In this document: in pieces, positions 1 through 8,792 of the stretch | Position numbering within the stretch: the stretch's first letter is position 1 | How the letters are laid out: each line of letters starts with the position of its first letter | NCBI GenBank assembly: GCA_965246715.1 | Contig: CBDFFH010000044.1 | Span: 32,001 to 96,000 of the forward strand | DNA: 64,000 nt | Source of the DNA: Chamaesiphon sp. | GTDB lineage: Bacteria > Cyanobacteriota > Cyanobacteriia > Cyanobacteriales > Chamaesiphonaceae | Direction of reading: 5' to 3' | The notes under the pieces: model-generated | The model's input: the letters and a program-made list of their open reading frames with translations, nothing else | Databases searched by the model: none | Told to the model about the DNA's origin: nothing | Translations under genes and position numbers: made by a program

Positions 1-1
1 T

Positions 2-166
2 CACCTCAAAACACTCAAGTCAGCAGGTTTAGTGAGATCGCGTCAGGAAGGGCGATGGATTTACTACAGTCTCAATCTGGCTCAGTTTGTCGTCATTGAA
101 CAGTACTTGTCCGAGTTTCGGCGGTTTAGTCCGATCTTACCAACCCGGATTTGCCCAGATACTTGA
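2..166 (+). CDS. arsR: ArsR/SmtB-family repressor, C-terminal part (5' end outside window)
   Basis: Hand translation from position 2: HLKTLKSAGLVRSRQEGRWIYYSLNLAQF...CPDT*. This is the ArsR wHTH signature, and it lies upstream of acr3. Confidence 0.9.
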   Translation, partial: HLKTLKSAGLVRSRQEGRWIYYSLNLAQFVVIEQYLSEFRRFSPILPTRICPDT

Positions 167-172
167 AGATAT

Positions 173-238
173 ATCAACTTTTTTTGATATTTGTATATCG
201 CATCACCTTTCTTAGTTGACAAATCAATAAAATTTGAA
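173..238 (+). promoter_or_regulatory. Two ArsR-type operators (ATCAA-N6-TTGAT at 173-188; ATCAA-N6-TTGAA at 223-238) with TTGACA at 216-221
   Basis: ATCAACTTTTTTTGAT closely matches the Synechocystis ArsR operator ATCAAGTTTTTTTGATG. The second box abuts a consensus -35 hexamer. Confidence 0.8.
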
Positions 239-277
239 ATGATATAGATATACATTTCGATGTCAGCTAGGAGAGAG

Positions 278-1324
278 ATGAATACCATAGCTAAGAACTT
301 TGTGCTAGTTGTCGGGATGCTAGTGTTCGCCGCCAGTTCCACAGCAGCACCCAACACATCCACCCAAAGACAATTACTCGCTCAAGAAACCGAGGTGAAT
401 AAGGCGACAATTAGGATTGATGGTTCGAGTACGGTATATCCTATTACCCAGGCGATCGTCAAACAGTTTAAAGCAGATTCAAATAATCAGACGCAGGTTG
501 ACGTTAAAATTTCTGGGACGACAGGCGGGTTTGAGAAATTCTGCGCTGGAAAAACTGACATCAACGATGCCTCGCGACCGATTTTGCTGGCAGAGATGGA
601 AACTTGCAAGAAAAATGGCGTGCGGTATATGGAATTCCCTATTGCCTTCGACGCGCTCACCATTGCGATCAATCCCCAAAATGATTGGGCAAAAGATATC
701 ACTGTCGCTGAATTAAAAAAGATGTGGGAACCTGCGGCGCAGGGTAAGATCCTCAAATGGAACCAAGTACGTGCATCTTGGCCCGATCGACCAATTAAAC
801 TATTTGGTGCGGGTAATAAGTCTGGGACTTTTGACTATTTTAACGAAGCAATCGTGGGCAAAGCCACAGCTACCCGCAAAGATTATACCGCTAGTGAAGA
901 TGATGAAGTCTTAGCGGCAGGGATTAGCAAAGACCCAAATGCTTTGGGTTATTTTGGTTTTGCTTATTACGAAGAGCACAAAAATCAATTAAAACTATTA
1001 CCAGTTGATAACGGTAAAGGCGCGATCGCCCCATCTCGCCAAACTGTAGAGAAAAACCAGTATCAGCCACTGTCTCGACCATTATTTATTTATGTCAATT
1101 TGCGATCTAATCCAGATAGAAGGTCGCTAGGTAAGTTTGTCACATTTTATATCAGTAAAGTATCGGCAATCGTCGATTCTGTGGGGTATGTTCCGCTACC
1201 AAAAAGAGTTGCAGAGGTTAATTACATTCACTTTAGCAAAGGTAAGACGGGAACGGTATTTGGTGGCAAAGCTAGAATAAATTCAAAAATTTCCGATCTG
1301 TTACCGAAAAAAGGGGAGCTTTAG
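278..1324 (+). CDS. pstS: PstS/SphX-family phosphate ABC substrate-binding protein
   Basis: IDGSSTVYP, SGTTGGFEKFC, SGTFDYF and YQPLSRPLFIYVN motifs; signal peptide; AGGAGAG RBS before ATG 278. Confidence 0.9.
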   Translation: MNTIAKNFVLVVGMLVFAASSTAAPNTSTQRQLLAQETEVNKATIRIDGSSTVYPITQAIVKQFKADSNNQTQVDVKISGTTGGFEKFCAGKTDINDASRPILLAEMETCKKNGVRYMEFPIAFDALTIAINPQNDWAKDITVAELKKMWEPAAQGKILKWNQVRASWPDRPIKLFGAGNKSGTFDYFNEAIVGKATATRKDYTASEDDEVLAAGISKDPNALGYFGFAYYEEHKNQLKLLPVDNGKGAIAPSRQTVEKNQYQPLSRPLFIYVNLRSNPDRRSLGKFVTFYISKVSAIVDSVGYVPLPKRVAEVNYIHFSKGKTGTVFGGKARINSKISDLLPKKGEL

Positions 1325-1386
1325 ATGCGGTTTTGGAATGATGAGTTTTCATAATCTCTTGCAAGATAGTTATCAAGGTAGATCTG

Positions 1387-2463
1387 GTGGAAAATATAAG
1401 CGATCGAACTACTCCCAAAAAACTATCTTTCCTAGATCGATTCCTCACCTTATGGATATTTCTCGCAATGGCAGTGGGAATCGGTGTGGGTTATTTCTTT
1501 CCTGGAGTAGAAGGATTTATTAACCAATTTCAGGTGGGAACGACAAATATTCCCATTGCCATTGGTTTAATTTTGATGATGTATCCACCGCTGGCAAAGG
1601 TGCGTTATGAGGAATTAGGCGATGTCTTTCGGAACGGGAAGATTCTCGGTATATCCTTACTGCTCAATTGGGTCATCGGCCCAATGCTGATGTTTCTGTT
1701 GGCGATTGCTTTCCTTCGCGATTACCCCGAATATATGGTGGGGCTAATTTTAATTGGATTGGCTCGATGTATTGCGATGGTAGTTGTTTGGAGCGATTTA
1801 GCGCGAGGGAATAGCGAATATACAGCGGGGCTAGTTGCCTTCAATAGCATTTTTCAGGTGATCTTCTATAGTCCGTTTGCGTGGTTGTTTCTGAGCGTAT
1901 TACCGCCGCTATTCGGCCTCAAAGGTAGTGTTGTGAATGTCAGCATTGCCGAGATTGCGAAGAGTGTATTTATCTATTTGGGGATACCCTTTATCGCTGG
2001 ATTTCTGACTCGTTACTTCCTAGTCAAAGCTAAGGGTAGAAGTTGGTATCACGCGGAATTCGTGCCCAAAATTAGCCCGATCACGTTGATTGCGCTACTA
2101 CTAACGATCGCGGTGATGTTTAGCCTCAAAGGGAATCTCATCGTCCAAATTCCCATCGATGTCGTGCGGATTGCCATCCCGTTGATTGTCTACTTTTTCA
2201 TCATGTTTTTGGTCAGCTTTTACATGGCATGGCGCATCAGAGCGGATTATGCCAAAGCTGCAAGTATCGCCTTTACAGCTGCGGGCAATAATTTTGAATT
2301 GGCGATCGCGGTGGCTATTGCCGTATTTGGGATTAATTCTGGTGCGGCGTTTGCGGCTGTCATCGGGCCATTAGTCGAAGTACCTGTCTTAATTGGCTTA
2401 GTGAATGTGGCGTTCTGGCTGCAAAAACGTTATTTTTCCGCCGTTAGTTCTGGCGGATTGTAG
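1387..2463 (+). CDS. acr3: ACR3-family arsenite efflux transporter
   Basis: [47 protein letters not shown] and GPLVEVPVL motifs; GTG start. Confidence 0.95.
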   Translation: MENISDRTTPKKLSFLDRFLTLWIFLAMAVGIGVGYFFPGVEGFINQFQVGTTNIPIAIGLILMMYPPLAKVRYEELGDVFRNGKILGISLLLNWVIGPMLMFLLAIAFLRDYPEYMVGLILIGLARCIAMVVVWSDLARGNSEYTAGLVAFNSIFQVIFYSPFAWLFLSVLPPLFGLKGSVVNVSIAEIAKSVFIYLGIPFIAGFLTRYFLVKAKGRSWYHAEFVPKISPITLIALLLTIAVMFSLKGNLIVQIPIDVVRIAIPLIVYFFIMFLVSFYMAWRIRADYAKAASIAFTAAGNNFELAIAVAIAVFGINSGAAFAAVIGPLVEVPVLIGLVNVAFWLQKRYFSAVSSGGL

Positions 2464-2495
2464 TTTTAGAATAATAACATTCAAGGTTTAAACCA

Positions 2496-2945
2496 ATGGG
2501 CCAATCAATTTCGGAAAACTTGTGGTGGGTAATTCCTGGTAAACTCGCAGGCGTTCGTAAACCTACCCCAGACGAATTAAGTGAGCTAGCCACAGCAGGA
2601 ATTGGCGCAATCGTGTCAGTTTTAGCAGATCGATCGAATCTAGATTTGTACGATCGATCTGGCATTCCACATCTCTGGCTGCCGATTCAAGAAGCTAGTG
2701 CGCCGAGTCGAGCACAAATGCAAAAATTACAAGATTTTGTCGATTTAAATCATCGTCAAGGCTTGGCTGTCGCCATTCACTGTACTGGTGGCATCCATCG
2801 GGCGGGAACCATATTAGCGGCTTACCTGATTTGGAATGGCTCAGCTTATGACGATGCCATGCAGACGATTCAACAGGCGAACTCTGATGTTGAGTTGGAA
2901 CTAGCCCAAATAAGTTTTTTGCAAGATTTGGCAGCCAAAAAATGA
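2496..2945 (+). CDS. Dual-specificity/PTP-like phosphatase (CX5R), paralog 1
   Basis: WWVIPGKLAG N-terminus and HCTGGIHRAGT P-loop. Confidence 0.85.
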   Translation: MGQSISENLWWVIPGKLAGVRKPTPDELSELATAGIGAIVSVLADRSNLDLYDRSGIPHLWLPIQEASAPSRAQMQKLQDFVDLNHRQGLAVAIHCTGGIHRAGTILAAYLIWNGSAYDDAMQTIQQANSDVELELAQISFLQDLAAKK

Positions 2946-2976
2946 CCTAGCGATCGTTAAAATAAATTGCGACCAA

Positions 2977-3435
2977 ATGGAAGAACAACTAATTCAACCA
3001 ATTGCCGAAAATCTCTGGTGGGCGATTCCTGGCAAATTAGCTGGCGTTCGCAAACCTACAGATGATGACCTGAACGAGTTAAAATCAGCCGGAATTGGAG
3101 CGATCGTTTCTGTTTTAGACGATCCTTCTAATCTGGATTTGTACGCTCGATCGGGTATCCCGCATCTCTGGCTGTCAACTAAAGGCGGCACCCCACCGAG
3201 TCGGGAACAGGTTCGAGAATTACAGCAATTTGTCGAGGCACATAATCATCAAGGGGTGGCTGTCGCCGTTCATTGTACCAATGGACTCCGCCGGACTGGA
3301 ACGATGCTAGCGGCGTACTTAATTTTGACAGGAATTACTTACGAACGGGCGATGCAGACGATTCAGGCTGCCAATCCTGCCGTCGATCTGCGCGAAGCTC
3401 AAAGTGCTTTTTTGCGCGATTTAGCAGCATCATAA
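2977..3435 (+). CDS. Dual-specificity/PTP-like phosphatase (CX5R), paralog 2
   Basis: HCTNGLRRTGT P-loop; collinear with paralog 1 (tandem duplication). Confidence 0.85.
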   Translation: MEEQLIQPIAENLWWAIPGKLAGVRKPTDDDLNELKSAGIGAIVSVLDDPSNLDLYARSGIPHLWLSTKGGTPPSREQVRELQQFVEAHNHQGVAVAVHCTNGLRRTGTMLAAYLILTGITYERAMQTIQAANPAVDLREAQSAFLRDLAAS

Positions 3436-3494
3436 AACATCGCCGCAGCCAACGCAGACCTGATGGTTGCAAATAAGATTGTGGAGGCTAATGA

Positions 3495-4462
3495 ACGTCA
3501 GTTCGGGTTAAGCCGAAGGCGGTAACACCCACTCAAATCCAAGAGAGGGCTTCTTCGGCTGATGGCAATAGGCAATTAAACCACACAAAACATTCACACA
3601 AAAGTTGACGGGGCTACGATGACGAGAATGTTCGACTTGGGAAATATTTTTGAGCTGGTCAATAATCGTTTCAATAATTGAACGTTTTCTGCTCAAAAAT
3701 TTGTCATTTAAACGCATTAATTTGTTCTTCATATTTCGCTTCGGTTTAGCGAAAAATTCTATTCCCTCATCTTCAAATAACTGTGTTGCTAATGATTGAG
3801 ACACATAGCCCTTGTCAGCAAAAATCTTACCAAACAGAGATGAAACTAAGTTTAGGACTGGCTTGCGATCGTCAATATTACCAGGGGTCAGCATGATATT
3901 TAGAAGTTCACCGTTTTCATTAGCTACTAGATGTAACTTAAAGCCAAAGAACCAATCCACAGAGGTTTTGCCGCGAGCCGCCAGATTTTTAAAAACTTTA
4001 TGTCCAGATATCCGTCGATTATGGCAGACTTTTAAACAAGTGGAATCAATAAAACTAATCCCTGTGCAAGCACCAAAGCACTGCTTGAGATAAACACATA
4101 AGGGCATCAGTGTCTGAGGTATCCATTCTACAAACCGTTGATAGCTGGGCAATAGGGGAAAAGCATCTGCCCAATAAACACTTACATGGTCGATGTAATA
4201 ATGCTTGAAATTTCGGTAATGGTGCTGATGAAATGTTATCAAAATCGTCATGATTTCACTCAAACAGAGGCTTTTGGCTCGGCGACGGGTTTTGCTCCCA
4301 TCGGAAATGAGCTGTAAGTGCCAGCTCGGTTCAAACTTTTGGCAGAAATTGTCGATATCACAGAATAATGCATCTAAACTATTCATAGGAGGGTGTGCTA
4401 AATCGTTGATAGTAATACCTTTTAGCTTAACGCCCCCTCCTTTTCTTAACCCGAACTGACGT
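3495..4462 (-). mobile_element. IS982-family insertion sequence
   Basis: Perfect 18-bp TIRs ACGTCAGTTCGGGTTAAG / CTTAACCCGAACTGACGT around an intact transposase. Confidence 0.92.
3508..4386 (-). CDS. IS982-family transposase
   Basis: IDST, WFFGFKLHL, ADKGY and RKRSIIETIIDQLKN motifs (DDE). Confidence 0.93.
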   Translation of the reverse strand: MNSLDALFCDIDNFCQKFEPSWHLQLISDGSKTRRRAKSLCLSEIMTILITFHQHHYRNFKHYYIDHVSVYWADAFPLLPSYQRFVEWIPQTLMPLCVYLKQCFGACTGISFIDSTCLKVCHNRRISGHKVFKNLAARGKTSVDWFFGFKLHLVANENGELLNIMLTPGNIDDRKPVLNLVSSLFGKIFADKGYVSQSLATQLFEDEGIEFFAKPKRNMKNKLMRLNDKFLSRKRSIIETIIDQLKNISQVEHSRHRSPVNFCVNVLCGLIAYCHQPKKPSLGFEWVLPPSA

Positions 4463-4736
4463 TAAATTACGGCACGTCCGCACAGTTTTAGCTAGGGGTG
4501 TTTTTTCGCGAGCGCCAATCTCGAGCGCGGCGGCTTCCAAGATGTAAAGCCCATTTCACTGCCAAAAGCCTCTTCCTGAATCTGATTGTCGATCGATAGC
4601 TGATGAAATTTTTATCGATCGGTTGGTGCTCTGGCACCTTTCGGGATTAGGGTGACTGGTATAATAGACACGAGCAGACATCACTCTAAGCTGTTGCTTA
4701 GTGCCCATATTTTAGGATGCTAATCTCAAAAGATCG

Positions 4737-5216
4737 ATGACAATAGCAATCGATCGATTACAAATACAAGTCATTTATACTCACGCAGCAGCAGTCTACC
4801 CAGAGGAATGCTGCGGGATATTACTCGGTCGACAGATTGGCGATCGCAAGATTGTCACTGAAGCGATCTCGACGATTAATGGATGGGACAACGCGCTGGT
4901 TAGTGAAGATTTCAAGACAAATGACGATCTCGATCGCACTAAACACAGTCGCTATATCATTCCCCCTCACGCTATTTTTCAAGCTCAAAAACGCGCTAGA
5001 CAGTTACAACTAGAAATCGTGGGTTTCTTTCACTCGCATCCAGATACTCTGGCTATTCCTTCTAATTGCGATCGCGAGCGAGCTTGGGAGGTATATTCTT
5101 ACCCGATTGTTTCAGTAATTCGTGGCAAAGTAACGGAGATTAAAAGTTGGGTATTAGATCGTAATGGCATATTTCAGCCAGAAGAGATCGAGTTAGTCGA
5201 TACATTGGTGAATTGA
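4737..5216 (+). CDS. M67/JAMM (Mov34) metallopeptidase
   Basis: YPEECCGILLG and GFFHSHPD...PSNCD JAMM motif. Confidence 0.9.
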   Translation: MTIAIDRLQIQVIYTHAAAVYPEECCGILLGRQIGDRKIVTEAISTINGWDNALVSEDFKTNDDLDRTKHSRYIIPPHAIFQAQKRARQLQLEIVGFFHSHPDTLAIPSNCDRERAWEVYSYPIVSVIRGKVTEIKSWVLDRNGIFQPEEIELVDTLVN

Positions 5217-5227
5217 GCCAGTAGTTA

Positions 5228-5374
5228 ATTTCAGTTCGGGATAAGAATAGCTTAAAGACTGAAAGTCTCCGCTGGTGATGCAGAGTCTGCGTAGGCAGAC
5301 TTCGTATCGTTAGCCCCGATTGAAATCGGCGGCGTTACTAGAACGAAGCCAATATCCTTAACCCGAACTGACGT
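5228..5374. mobile_element. IS982-type MITE with degenerate left TIR
   Basis: Left end ATTTCAGTTCGGGATAAG; right end CTTAACCCGAACTGACGT, identical to the IS982 TIR; internal REP-like hairpins. Confidence 0.8.
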
Positions 5375-5457
5375 TAATGACAATCGAAGTTCTCCCGCTA
5401 TCAATCTCAAAATATCTGGAGCCAAGATCGGTTCCCTGCAAAACATTACCAGTATCC

Positions 5458-5548
5458 ATCAAATAAAATTGATTTAGATATATGCTATATAAGACAGATA
5501 CTATGGCAATCGAGTAAAAAATAACTAAACTCATCAAAATATTTTGTT
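5458..5548 (+). promoter_or_regulatory. Two ArsR-type operators upstream of gap3-arsJ
   Basis: ATCAA-ATAAAA-TTGAT (5458-5473, perfect) and ATCAA-AATATT-TTGTT (5533-5548). Confidence 0.75.
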
Positions 5549-5587
5549 AATTTACGATTAACCGAGCGTTAACGATTAGGAAGAATT

Positions 5588-6595
5588 ATGGCTATAAAAG
5601 TTGGCATTAATGGATTTGGCAGAATTGGACGGTTAGCTCTCCGCGCAGCTTGGGGCTGTCCAGATCTGGAGTTCGTACATATCAATGAAATTAAAGGTGG
5701 CGCAGAAACAGCGGCGCACTTATTAAAATATGACTCGGTTCACGGACGCTGGGTACCAACCGTGACAGCGACGGAAACTGAAATTTCGATCGATAGCAAA
5801 ACTCTCAGCTTCAGCGATTACAACGAGCCAGGGAAAGTAGACTGGGCTGAGTTTGGGATAGATATCGTCTTGGAGGCTTCTGGTAAATTTCGGACACCGG
5901 AAACTTTGAATCCATATTTCGATCGAGGTGTGAAAAAGGTGATTGTTGCCGCACCCGTGAAGGAAGAAGCCCTTAATATCGTCATGGGTGTTAACGATCA
6001 TCTCTACGAACCGACCAAACATCGCCTCCTTACCGCCGCATCTTGCACCACCAACTGTCTAGCTCCAGTAATTAAAGTCATTCTCGCAGGTATTGGCATC
6101 AAACACGGTCTGATTACGACGATCCACAACCACACCAACACCCAAATTGTGGTCGATGCACCTCACAAAGATTTGCGCCGAGCCAGAGCGACGGGGATGT
6201 CCCTGATTCCGACCACGACAGGTTCGGCGACAGCAATTGGGCTGATTTATCCCGAACTCAACGGTAAACTCAATGGACTCGCCGTGCGCGTACCGTTATT
6301 GAATGCGTCCCTGACCGATTGTGTGTTTGAAGTCGATCGACCTACCACAGTCGCAGAAGTGAATGGTTTGCTCAAAACTGCTGCTGAAGGCGAACTCAAG
6401 GGGATTTTGGGTTATGAAGAATTGCCGCTAGTCTCGATCGATCACAAAGACGACCCGAGATCGGCGATTATCGATGCTCTATCTACGATGGTGGTTGACG
6501 AAACTCAAGTCAAGATCTTAGCTTGGTACGACAACGAATGGGGCTATGCCAACCGGATGGTCGAACTAGCCCAGAAAGTAGCCCTCAGCCTGTAG
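5588..6595 (+). CDS. gap3: ArsJ-associated glyceraldehyde-3-phosphate dehydrogenase (Gap3 type)
   Basis: [20 protein letters not shown] and WYDNEWGY motifs; HINEIKGG variant; directly upstream of arsJ. Confidence 0.9.
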   Translation: MAIKVGINGFGRIGRLALRAAWGCPDLEFVHINEIKGGAETAAHLLKYDSVHGRWVPTVTATETEISIDSKTLSFSDYNEPGKVDWAEFGIDIVLEASGKFRTPETLNPYFDRGVKKVIVAAPVKEEALNIVMGVNDHLYEPTKHRLLTAASCTTNCLAPVIKVILAGIGIKHGLITTIHNHTNTQIVVDAPHKDLRRARATGMSLIPTTTGSATAIGLIYPELNGKLNGLAVRVPLLNASLTDCVFEVDRPTTVAEVNGLLKTAAEGELKGILGYEELPLVSIDHKDDPRSAIIDALSTMVVDETQVKILAWYDNEWGYANRMVELAQKVALSL

Positions 6596-6611
6596 ATCGA
6601 AACGATCTGAT

Positions 6612-6780
6612 GTAGGGGTAAGCACAAGGTTTACCCATAGCCCACTAGGTTACCCACAAGCGGCGTTTTTATTCGGGGGTTCCCCTCGAATAAAAAAACG
6701 ACAAGACAGCAATGTGCGCTCTGACGTAAAGCGACCGCCGCTAGGCGGCGCGCAAGCTTCGAGACAGGGGCACCCCTACA
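6612..6780. repeat. Cluster of GTAG-type REP and small dispersed palindromes
   Basis: GTAGGGGTAAGC...GGGGCACCCCTAC ends; includes a 52-bp hairpin (6659-6710) repeated at 21749-21800. Confidence 0.65.
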
Positions 6781-7304
6781 AGAATAACAACATGACTACC
6801 AACACAACACCAGAATCTAAATCTAATCTCCGAAATTACATCCTCGTCACGCTGGCATATTGGGGCTTTACCATTACCGATGGTGCCCTGCGAGTGCTGG
6901 TATTACTGTATTTCAATAGTATCGGCTACACGCCGATTCAGATTGCCTCACTATTTTTGTTCTATGAAGTATTTGGTGTCGTCACCAACTTTCTCGGTGG
7001 TTGGATTGGTTCCCAGTTTGGGCTTAAGGTGATTCCCGATAAAAAAGCCACCCAGTTATAGTACTATTTTATTGGTAAGCCGAAGAAAGGAAGATAGTAG
7101 TATTGTTTAGCAATAAAACCGAACTCACGTTAAGTAGTAGCCAAAGAGAAGATTTACGGCTAGCTTCTGCTAAATTAAGCGGTGTAAAACGTCGTTACTT
7201 TCAAGCAGAAATGGCAATTAAATATTGCCAAGGAAACGCTAGATTGACAGAGAGGATATTTGGTTGGAGTAGAGAAACTGTAGCACTAGGGTTAGCAGAG
7301 AAAC

Positions 7305-8792
7305 CAGGGTGAACGCACTTAAATTTCCTACTATTTAAAATCCTCGCAAATCAGTTGCAGATTTGAATTACGAAAAGTATGAAAGCTTTAATGGTAAACA
7401 AGTATAGCCAGTTAATTATGTTATATTTATTGGAAATTCAGATCGCGTCAAATGAAGCTAAAGCCAAGGCATAGTATCGCAGAACACTTTGGTGACATAA
7501 AAGACATTAGAATTGAACGGGGGAAAAAACACAAACTAATCGATATTATCACGATCTCGATTTGTGCAGTAGTATGTGGAGCAGATGGATGGGAAGACAT
7601 AGAGCTGTATGGCATCACCAGAAAAAAATGGCTGGAGGAATTTCTAGAATTACCGAATGGGATACCATCTCACGATACATTTGCACGGGTATTTTCACAA
7701 ATTAATCCTGAAGAATTCAATAAATCTTTCCTGCATTGGATTAAAGGAATAAGTAAAATAACAGCAGGAGAGATAATCGCATTTGATGGAAAACAATCTC
7801 GAAATTCAAGAGACGAAAAAAATGGTAAAGGAGTAATTAATACGGTCAGTGCTTGGGCAGCAAGTAATAGATTAGTATTAGGACAAACAAAAGTCGAGAG
7901 TAAATCAAATGAAATTACTGCATTGCCTGAGTTGATTAATGCCTTAGATCTAGCTGGATGTATAGTGACAATTGATGCAATGGGATGTCAGCGAGAAATA
8001 GTCAAGAAAATTGTCAAAAAAGAAGCAGATTATGTAATTGCTGTCAAAAAGAATCAACCAAGTTTATATGAAAGGGTAGAACAGCTATTCAAACAGGCGA
8101 TTAAAACTCGTGGTGAAAGTCTGAAAACGCATAGCTTCAGCAGTAGAGAGATGAATAGAGGTAGAGAGGAAACTCGTAATTACCTAATGATATCAGACAT
8201 TGCAACATCAATAGATCCATTGCTAAAATGGCAAAATCTGACTAGTATTTGCATGGTAGAATCAGTTCGAGTTGTCAATGAAAAAACCAGCGTAGAAGCT
8301 CGTTATTTCATCAGTAGCTTAGAAGATAATGTTGAAAAACTAGCAGAAGCAATCAGAGGTCATTGGTCGATAGAAAATTCACTCCATTGGGTACTTGATG
8401 TTATTTTCAAAGAAGACATTAGTCGAATTAGAAAAGATAATGCTCCAGCTAATTTTGCTGTTTTAAGACATATAGCAGTTAATATAATGAGTCAGAACAA
8501 GAGTCGAAAACTAAGTGTTAGGAAGAAGCGATTTCTTGCGAGCCTTGATGAAGAATATTCGCGCGAACTTCTAGAGGCTATTTTAGCCTAAATTTAACTA
8601 ACCCCAGAGTATGAATTTGGCTAAATATCTTTAGCCGCACTTTTGCCGGACTAAATTGAGTTAATTTAACCTCGTCTTTGGTTTCGATTTTATTGATATT
8701 GTCGTAATTGTAGTTAAGCAATCGAATATCATTAATCGCCTATTTTAGTGGCTCTCGATCGAAATAAATCCTGTTTTGATGCGTTCACCCTG
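7305..8792 (+). mobile_element. ISAs1-family IS nested in the ISAzo13 transposase
   Basis: TIRs CAGGGTGAACGCA / TGCGTTCACCCTG; 10-bp TSD GCAGAGAAAC (7295-7304, 8793-8802). Confidence 0.95.
7452..8591 (+). CDS. ISAs1-family transposase (intact)
   Basis: GIPSHDTFARVF, IAFDGK, KSNEITA, VTIDAMGCQ and RGHWSIENSLHWVLDV motifs. Confidence 0.95.
   Translation: MKLKPRHSIAEHFGDIKDIRIERGKKHKLIDIITISICAVVCGADGWEDIELYGITRKKWLEEFLELPNGIPSHDTFARVFSQINPEEFNKSFLHWIKGISKITAGEIIAFDGKQSRNSRDEKNGKGVINTVSAWAASNRLVLGQTKVESKSNEITALPELINALDLAGCIVTIDAMGCQREIVKKIVKKEADYVIAVKKNQPSLYERVEQLFKQAIKTRGESLKTHSFSSREMNRGREETRNYLMISDIATSIDPLLKWQNLTSICMVESVRVVNEKTSVEARYFISSLEDNVEKLAEAIRGHWSIENSLHWVLDVIFKEDISRIRKDNAPANFAVLRHIAVNIMSQNKSRKLSVRKKRFLASLDEEYSRELLEAILA

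Noticed and set aside
6714..6791. N-terminal extension of ArsJ in the ORF track
   Set aside because: It is read-through of REP hairpins; ATG 6792 fits better. The same applies to extensions at 45472-45645, 59561-59641 and 18522-18674.
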